Assembly: GCA_903895695.1 (NCBI GenBank)
Contig: CAITUY010000047.1
Coordinates: forward strand, 10,397 to 74,396
Length of the DNA stretch: 64,000 nt
Reading direction: 5' to 3'
Origin: an uncultured bacterium
Lineage (GTDB): Bacteria > Verrucomicrobiota > Kiritimatiellia > CAIKKV01 > CAITUY01
Position 1 is the first letter of the stretch; each line of letters begins with the position of its first letter. Shown in pieces: positions 58,360 through 64,000 of this stretch. Both the position numbers and the translations under genes were made by a program. The notes beneath the pieces were generated by a model that was not told the origin of the DNA, did no database searches, and saw only the letters and a list, made by a program, of their open reading frames with translations.

Positions 58360-60661
58360 GTCGCTGTTCCTTCTTGCTGTCCGTTGCTTCCAGATGCACC
58401 TGCACGGTCAACGTGCCGGCCATGCCTGGGTGCCGGAACGCGACACGGCGCTGGATACCTTCCAGCAGGGGCAGTTCCTCGACCCGCCAGGCGCACCCCG
58501 CCGGCGCATCGACCACGGCGCGCCCGCGTTGCCCGGTAATGACGGCACGCGCGCCGTCCACCGTCACCGGCAGCCGTGTTTGCCAGTAGAATTCAACGCC
58601 CTCGCCCGACACAAGCTCGTAGTCGTCGGTTATGGCCAGCCGGTCGGGGCTGGGCGAATCCCACGCGCGGCGCCAGTGGCGGTAGTACCGCCCCCACCCC
58701 GGCGTGGCGTCGAGTTGGGCGTGAAAGGCGGTGGCATCGCCCCGGCCCTGCGGCTTCACGTCGGGCGGGAGCGGACATTGCGGGGCGGGCCGTTCGGCGG
58801 TGCCGTACGGCACGAGCATGTTGTGCCGCTCGCAGTTCTGGAGAAGGCCGGCCAGAGGGTGGCTGTAGTCGCACGTGCCCGGGTCCAGCGCGAACGTGTC
58901 GCCCGCGAACTCGAGCACGAAGCTGCCCTTGTCCTCGTGCGTATGCCCGGCCCCAGCCCTGTTGCCCTGGATGAAAAGCTTGACGCAGTGCGCGCCCAGC
59001 CGACGCTGGGAGGCCAGCGGCCCCATGTCGGGCAGGACGACGAGCGGTTGCGCTTGGTGCGCGCCGCCCGGCAGTCGCTCCGTCAGGTCCCAGGCGATGG
59101 CGGCGTCAACCAGGGCGGGAACCGTGTCTTTGCCGGGCGCCAGGCTGGCCGGCCAGCCGCCGTTCCGGGCCATGGCCTTCTTCAGCATCGGCGCCCAGGC
59201 GCTTTCCGGCAGCAGGCCCGCCATGATGGCCTGCGAGATGATGCCGTGCTGCGGGACGGCGTCGCAAATGGGCACCAGGTCACTCCCGTCGTCGGTGCTG
59301 ACCAGGGCCTCGGCGAAGGCGCCGCAGCGCTGCATGGCCGGGGGGATCAGGCCGGCCATGGGTTGGCCAAGCGCCCGGCTGTAATGGTAAACGCCCAGCC
59401 CGGCGTAGCGGCCGACGCAGCCGAAATAGGTGGGCCCTTCGACGTAACCGCCGTCGGGCAGAATCGTGGCCTCGAGGCTCTCGCATAATTCGCCATAGGC
59501 GATGTCGAGATAGGGCCGCACGCGGGGCCAGTGGCGGTTCAGGACGCCAAGGGCCAGCATGCGGCCCGGGCTGAACCAGGCCAGCTGGTTGCAGTGGAAG
59601 ATATAATCGTATTTCCACGTATTGAACTGAATCGATCCGATGGCCTCCTCGGCCAGGCGACGCAGGAGAAAGTCTCGCCCCACGTCGGTGAAATATTCGC
59701 CGGCCAGGTCGAGGATGCCGGCCACCTCATAGGCGCACAGGCTCTGCACAAAGCAGCGGTGATCGAACGTGCCGCCGGGGAATGCGCAGATGAAGCCGTC
59801 GTCCCACTTGCCGCACAGGCCGATGCTCAGGGCAAAGCGGGCCGCCAGGCGCAGCAGGCTGGCATCCTGAAGCAAGTGCCCGGCAATGGCCGCGTTCAGG
59901 CCGTGATTGAGGATGAACCGGCCATGGTCGCGTTCACGGTTATAGCGGCTGTCCCACCAAAAGTTGACGAATCCATGAATCAACCCCTCCGGAGTTGTGG
60001 CCCGCGCGGCCTCGGCGGCCACCGCAAACGGCGAAGGCGTCCCGGCCGCCACCAGCGCCTCGTGTCGCGTGCGCAACGCCGCCAGTTCTTCGGTGTTCAA
60101 CACCAGCCCGTAGCTGGGTTTGAACTGCGGCGCGTAGCCGTCGGGCTTGAGGTGCTTTTCCCAGCGCGCGTCCCAGGTTGTCTGCGGCTTGAGCTTGTGC
60201 GCCAGCCGGCCGCTGTGCTGCAGTCCGAGCCAGTTGAACCAGCCCTGCGCCACGCCCTCGGCGCCGGCCTCGATCTCGATCGTCACGGACTCGAGGCGCG
60301 TTGCGCCCTCGAGATCCAACGCCAGTTCCTTCTTCTTGAGACCGGCGGGCGGCGCGTCGAGACGGCGCGAACCGCGGTCGGTCTCCGCCATGAGCCGTAC
60401 CACCGCCTTTTCCGGCGCCATGACCGAGAGCACCAAGCGGTCGTAGCCGCCGCAATCGATGCCGCAGGCGCGGCGCATGCGCAACGCCGGGCCCGCCGCC
60501 GGGCGGCGCGCCCACTCGAACTCGGCCCAGCACCAGTTCTGCCGGATCGTCAACCCATGGGCCGGGCCCGGCTCGACGGTCCATTGGCTCAACTCGCTCT
60601 GGGCGGGATCCCAGAGCGGATCGAGTATCGCTTCAGCTTCATTGATCGGCGTCAGACGCAT
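58340..60661 (-). CDS. heparinase II/III-like polysaccharide lyase family protein
   Basis: C-terminal motif GAGHTHEDKGSFVLEFAG matches the conserved H-x-H-x-D-x-GSF block of the heparinase II/III family. Confidence 0.6.
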   Translation of the reverse strand: MRLTPINEAEAILDPLWDPAQSELSQWTVEPGPAHGLTIRQNWCWAEFEWARRPAAGPALRMRRACGIDCGGYDRLVLSVMAPEKAVVRLMAETDRGSRRLDAPPAGLKKKELALDLEGATRLESVTIEIEAGAEGVAQGWFNWLGLQHSGRLAHKLKPQTTWDARWEKHLKPDGYAPQFKPSYGLVLNTEELAALRTRHEALVAAGTPSPFAVAAEAARATTPEGLIHGFVNFWWDSRYNRERDHGRFILNHGLNAAIAGHLLQDASLLRLAARFALSIGLCGKWDDGFICAFPGGTFDHRCFVQSLCAYEVAGILDLAGEYFTDVGRDFLLRRLAEEAIGSIQFNTWKYDYIFHCNQLAWFSPGRMLALGVLNRHWPRVRPYLDIAYGELCESLEATILPDGGYVEGPTYFGCVGRYAGLGVYHYSRALGQPMAGLIPPAMQRCGAFAEALVSTDDGSDLVPICDAVPQHGIISQAIMAGLLPESAWAPMLKKAMARNGGWPASLAPGKDTVPALVDAAIAWDLTERLPGGAHQAQPLVVLPDMGPLASQRRLGAHCVKLFIQGNRAGAGHTHEDKGSFVLEFAGDTFALDPGTCDYSHPLAGLLQNCERHNMLVPYGTAERPAPQCPLPPDVKPQGRGDATAFHAQLDATPGWGRYYRHWRRAWDSPSPDRLAITDDYELVSGEGVEFYWQTRLPVTVDGARAVITGQRGRAVVDAPAGCAWRVEELPLLEGIQRRVAFRHPGMAGTLTVQVHLEATDSKKEQRHATHTR

Positions 60662-60677
60662 ATGGAGTTCCCTTGCT

Positions 60678-63600
60678 CTAGTTCAGTCTTACAGTTGTGG
60701 TGCCTGCGGGGATCGTCAGTACTTTCTGTTTCTTGTCGTTGGTCTTTAACTCCACGCCCTTGGGCGCGCTCCAATTGCCTGGGGCGGCGATCGTTACTTC
60801 GACTCCCTTGTGGTCGGCAGGAAGGACCAGAGTGAGGGCGGCCGGCTCTGCCTTCAGGCAGGCAGCCGAGGCGCTCGCCAGAGTGTATTTCTGGTACGTC
60901 ACGCTGCCCCCGGCGGATAGCGTAAGCGCCACGCCGGTGGCGGGCCGGTCCTGCACGCTGGCCGCGGTGCCTTCAAACGCCGCCCTCTCGGCCTTAGCCG
61001 AGGCGGATTCGTGGCTCAGGAATACGTAATCCGTGCCAAATGAGCCGGCCACCTTGATGACCTTGCCGTCGCCGAGTCTGGCGAAAGTCGGGGCGGGCTC
61101 TTTTCGCTCATGCGGGAAGACAGCCACCAGATAGTGGCCGTCGCCGGGGAGTTGGAGATTGAGGAAGTCGCGGAAATCGGGGAGCTTCAGCCAGCCGACC
61201 TGCCCGCCGTAGCGAATCGTGTGGCGCGGCGTGTCCGTGGGGTTGGCTACGAAGAACTCCAGGTCAACGCCTGTGGTCCCGGCGGCGGTGAAGCGGTCGC
61301 CTTTGATCTCGCGCGCGTCGACGGGCTTATCGCCGGGCTTGTCGGCCAGGAACTTATCCATATCCGCTGCCTTGGAAGCCTCGCCCAGCTTCTCGGAGAC
61401 CGATCGGAACTGCCACTCCGTGGGCTGGCCGCCTTCAGTGGTATCCAGGAAGACCATGTAGCTGGCGCCGGTCGGGTTGGCGTCGCGGACGCACAAGGCC
61501 TGGCGTGTCCAGGCAAGCTGCGGCTCCGTTGCGGCCTTGACCTTGGGCCACGACGGCAGAGCATCCGGCAGCCAGTCCCGGTCATCGGGCTTGGTGATCG
61601 TGTAGGTTCCGCGGACGTAGTCGGCCGCCGGCAAGGCGGCGAAACCTTCTACCGCCGTCTTGGTGTAGTAGCCGAATGGCGTGGCGGCCTTGTCGCCGGC
61701 GGCATGATTCCGCGCGAGCATCACACCGTCCCGGGTCAGTTCGTGGGCAGAGGCGTAGCTGCCATCGAAGAAGAACGCTGCGGAGACCTTCCGTCCCTTC
61801 GCGTACCACGTGGCGAGACTGCCCACGTTCGGGGTCCAGACGTCAAGGTTGCGCATGGAATCGACGGCCGAGAGCAGCAGCACATAGTTCTCATTGGATG
61901 TGCCCAACCCGCTGCGGAACAGGGCGCAGAGGTTGGGGATAAGCTCCGAGCCCCAGTCGGGCTGCTCGGCCGGAAGCGTCGCGTCCATGTATTGAGCCTC
62001 GAACCCGCCCAAATAGCTTTCATCGTGTTGGGGCTTGCCGGCTTGGAGCCACGCCCACTGCATGACCTTGGAGTAGTCCGGGTAGGACTTGGCCGTTGCC
62101 TTGGCGGCAATTCCGTCGTGGCACCAGATCTCGGCATGGAATCCCCGGCCCACCGTCGGATAGCAGCGCACATTCCCCCGCTGCACATCAGGCGGGCCGT
62201 ACATCCGCGAAAAGTACAGCAGCACCCTGCGGAAGCGCTCGTCGCCGAAGAAGTCGTGGTAGCCCGCGTTGCGCGCGGCGACAGCGAATGCCGTCATCGG
62301 CGACATGCTGACCTGCCCGTAATGCATGCCCTCGCACATCCACTCGCCGGCCGGGCCCACCTCTTCCGCCAACCAGGTGTCCATCCATCCGACCGCTTGC
62401 GCGGCCCACGTCTTCGCCATCGGATGATCGGGAATGACACAGGCGATGATGCCCCTGGCCAGCGTGTAGGAGCAGCTCATGTTCGGATTGCCGCTGCAGT
62501 AGCCTCGCTCCTGGCTCCAGGTCCCCGGGTCGGCCATCACGTAGCCAAGATACGCCATCTGTGCGCGAAGCAGCGGCCGCTCCTGCTCGGAGACCGCTGC
62601 GCTGTCGATCAGGTTGTCATAGGAGCCCACAAGCGGGAAGCACCCCCTCATCACGTCGTAGTCTCCCAGCTTCGCCAGTTCGATGCGAAGGTTGGCGGCG
62701 CTGCCTGGCGTCAGTTTGGCGGTCGCCGACTGCGCTTCGTCGCGCGTCACGAACAGGCGGGGATTCCTTTCATTCGGACCCTGGGGCCATTCCAGGACGT
62801 AATCCTTAACGACGTTCAGTTGCTCGCCGATTTTTGGCTCGCCGGTCCAGACGCCCCATTTCCTGGCTCCTTGCGCCAGGGAAACTCTCAATCCAATGGT
62901 CTTGTCCTGCGCGCAGAGGATACCCAGGCCCTTCTTCTGCCAAGGCGTCCAAAGCTTTTCGATCATCCCCAGGTTCCAGGACTTGGAGCCCGAGTAGGTG
63001 TAGGGAACGGGGTCGACCCACGCCCCGGCATCGCGGGAGCGGACCACGATTTCCCCGCCGCCCGTGGCCGGGGCGATCGACACCGCCGAGGCGGACCAGG
63101 GGAAGATCTGGGTGATGTGCGTCCGGGGAGTGACCAGGAGGTTCGTTCCGGCCATGGATACGGCCAGCGCCATCGCGCGATCCTTCCTGGCCCACTGGCC
63201 GGGGCCTTTCGGCATGAGGATCTTATCCGCGCCAGGGGCCGCGCCCAACGTGAACTCCAGACCGGCGTCCAGGTTCTCGCGGTCGGTGTGCATGTCCCAA
63301 AGCGCACCGTTGTCGCCGGAGGTAACCTGCACAATGAAGCTCAGCTTGTTGCCGTCGGCGTAGACGTAGACCATCTCGGCGCGTGCAAAGACGGGACCGT
63401 TGGCCGTTATCTTCGATGAGTAGGATTTCACGGCCGCCTTGCCGTAAAGCCTACTGCCGCCCGCCCACGAGCCGTCCGGCATTCGCACGCCCGCCAGGGG
63501 ACCGGGCACGTCGGCCGCCGCGGCAGGCGCGTCGTAGACCTTCTCGCCCGCCAGGATGCGAACCCCACAGGCGGCGCTCTCCAGTTCCGCCGTCTTGTCG

Positions 63601-63977
63601 CCGGAGGCGACCTTGACGTCCGACGCGGGCGCAGCGCCCTCGCCTTTGTCAGAGAAGGTGACGGTGTACGTATTCCGGGTCAGAGGCTTTAGCTCGGCAA
63701 CCACGAACGAAAGCTTGGCGGCCTTGACGAACCGGCTGCCCGGCCAAAGCTCGACGTCGGAAAACTGGCAGGCCACCGGCCCGCCGGGACCGGTTATTCT
63801 GGCCGAATCCGCGTCGCACTGCCCCTTCCCGGCCTCGAAGGTGTACGTCACCAACTGGTTGGACCAACTCTGGCCGACATATTCGCGCAAAATGATAGTC
63901 TTCTCTCCAGCCACCGACATCTCCGACACCCAGCACATCGCGGCCGACGCCACTGCCATCACTGCCCATAGTTTCAT
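60678..63977 (-). CDS. large secreted hypothetical protein (glycan-locus member)
   Basis: 1099 aa; signal peptide MKLWAVMAVASAAMCWVSEMSVAG; no confident family. Confidence 0.4.
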   Translation of the reverse strand: MKLWAVMAVASAAMCWVSEMSVAGEKTIILREYVGQSWSNQLVTYTFEAGKGQCDADSARITGPGGPVACQFSDVELWPGSRFVKAAKLSFVVAELKPLTRNTYTVTFSDKGEGAAPASDVKVASGDKTAELESAACGVRILAGEKVYDAPAAAADVPGPLAGVRMPDGSWAGGSRLYGKAAVKSYSSKITANGPVFARAEMVYVYADGNKLSFIVQVTSGDNGALWDMHTDRENLDAGLEFTLGAAPGADKILMPKGPGQWARKDRAMALAVSMAGTNLLVTPRTHITQIFPWSASAVSIAPATGGGEIVVRSRDAGAWVDPVPYTYSGSKSWNLGMIEKLWTPWQKKGLGILCAQDKTIGLRVSLAQGARKWGVWTGEPKIGEQLNVVKDYVLEWPQGPNERNPRLFVTRDEAQSATAKLTPGSAANLRIELAKLGDYDVMRGCFPLVGSYDNLIDSAAVSEQERPLLRAQMAYLGYVMADPGTWSQERGYCSGNPNMSCSYTLARGIIACVIPDHPMAKTWAAQAVGWMDTWLAEEVGPAGEWMCEGMHYGQVSMSPMTAFAVAARNAGYHDFFGDERFRRVLLYFSRMYGPPDVQRGNVRCYPTVGRGFHAEIWCHDGIAAKATAKSYPDYSKVMQWAWLQAGKPQHDESYLGGFEAQYMDATLPAEQPDWGSELIPNLCALFRSGLGTSNENYVLLLSAVDSMRNLDVWTPNVGSLATWYAKGRKVSAAFFFDGSYASAHELTRDGVMLARNHAAGDKAATPFGYYTKTAVEGFAALPAADYVRGTYTITKPDDRDWLPDALPSWPKVKAATEPQLAWTRQALCVRDANPTGASYMVFLDTTEGGQPTEWQFRSVSEKLGEASKAADMDKFLADKPGDKPVDAREIKGDRFTAAGTTGVDLEFFVANPTDTPRHTIRYGGQVGWLKLPDFRDFLNLQLPGDGHYLVAVFPHERKEPAPTFARLGDGKVIKVAGSFGTDYVFLSHESASAKAERAAFEGTAASVQDRPATGVALTLSAGGSVTYQKYTLASASAACLKAEPAALTLVLPADHKGVEVTIAAPGNWSAPKGVELKTNDKKQKVLTIPAGTTTVRLN

Positions 63978-64000
63978 AGTCGTCTCCTCATGACCGGCGC

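Noticed and set aside
231-64000. Numerous long plus-strand ORFs (e.g. 1376..3025, 4436..5806, 9998..12964, 42883..45516, 61110..63419) with Arg/Ala/Gly/Pro-rich translations
   Set aside because: All lie antisense to well-supported minus-strand genes and have the low-complexity R/A/G/P composition typical of spurious ORFs in high-GC DNA. None has recognisable motifs.
1-64000. tRNA, rRNA or tmRNA genes
   Set aside because: No stretch with tRNA-like cloverleaf hallmarks (conserved T-loop GTTCRANYC, CCA-proximal acceptor pairing) noticed in the few short intergenic regions. The window is almost entirely coding.

Overview
GC-rich (~65%) window in which every credible gene lies on the minus strand; the many plus-strand ORFs are antisense artefacts of the high GC content. 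The backbone is a large secreted glycan-degradation locus: two BNR/Asp-box sialidases, a sialate O-acetylesterase, a GH2 enzyme, a GH95-like enzyme, a GH106-like enzyme, two heparinase II/III-like lyases, a beta-helix protein, a glycerophosphodiester phosphodiesterase and several 1000-2000-aa secreted proteins. This gene content resembles a PVC-type (Planctomycetes/Verrucomicrobia/Kiritimatiellae-like) genome. Between ~19.4 kb and ~39.3 kb sits a lower-GC accessory island. It is an array of ten small ORFs that share a near-identical ~50-codon N-terminal leader matching the extreme C-terminal end of RHS/YD-repeat cores (…GRWISRDPIGExGGxNxY…DPxGL), each followed by a different C-terminal domain and a small downstream partner ORF. 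I read these as orphan rhs C-terminal toxin/immunity cassettes; an eleventh leader copy is a remnant fused in-frame to an AraR-like regulator. Every copy carries its own conserved ATG start. No parental full-length rhs gene or secretion system is present in the window. The array is split by a ~5.4 kb integrative element with two overlapping tyrosine recombinases, a large primase-like P-loop protein, a Zn-ribbon protein and a PIN-domain gene. Other points: an oligogalacturonide-lyase pseudogene remnant at the array boundary, two GspG-pseudopilin-like putative immunity proteins, and a 1985-aa glycine-rich secreted protein built from four internal ~140-aa modules. Family calls rest on motif-level reading only.
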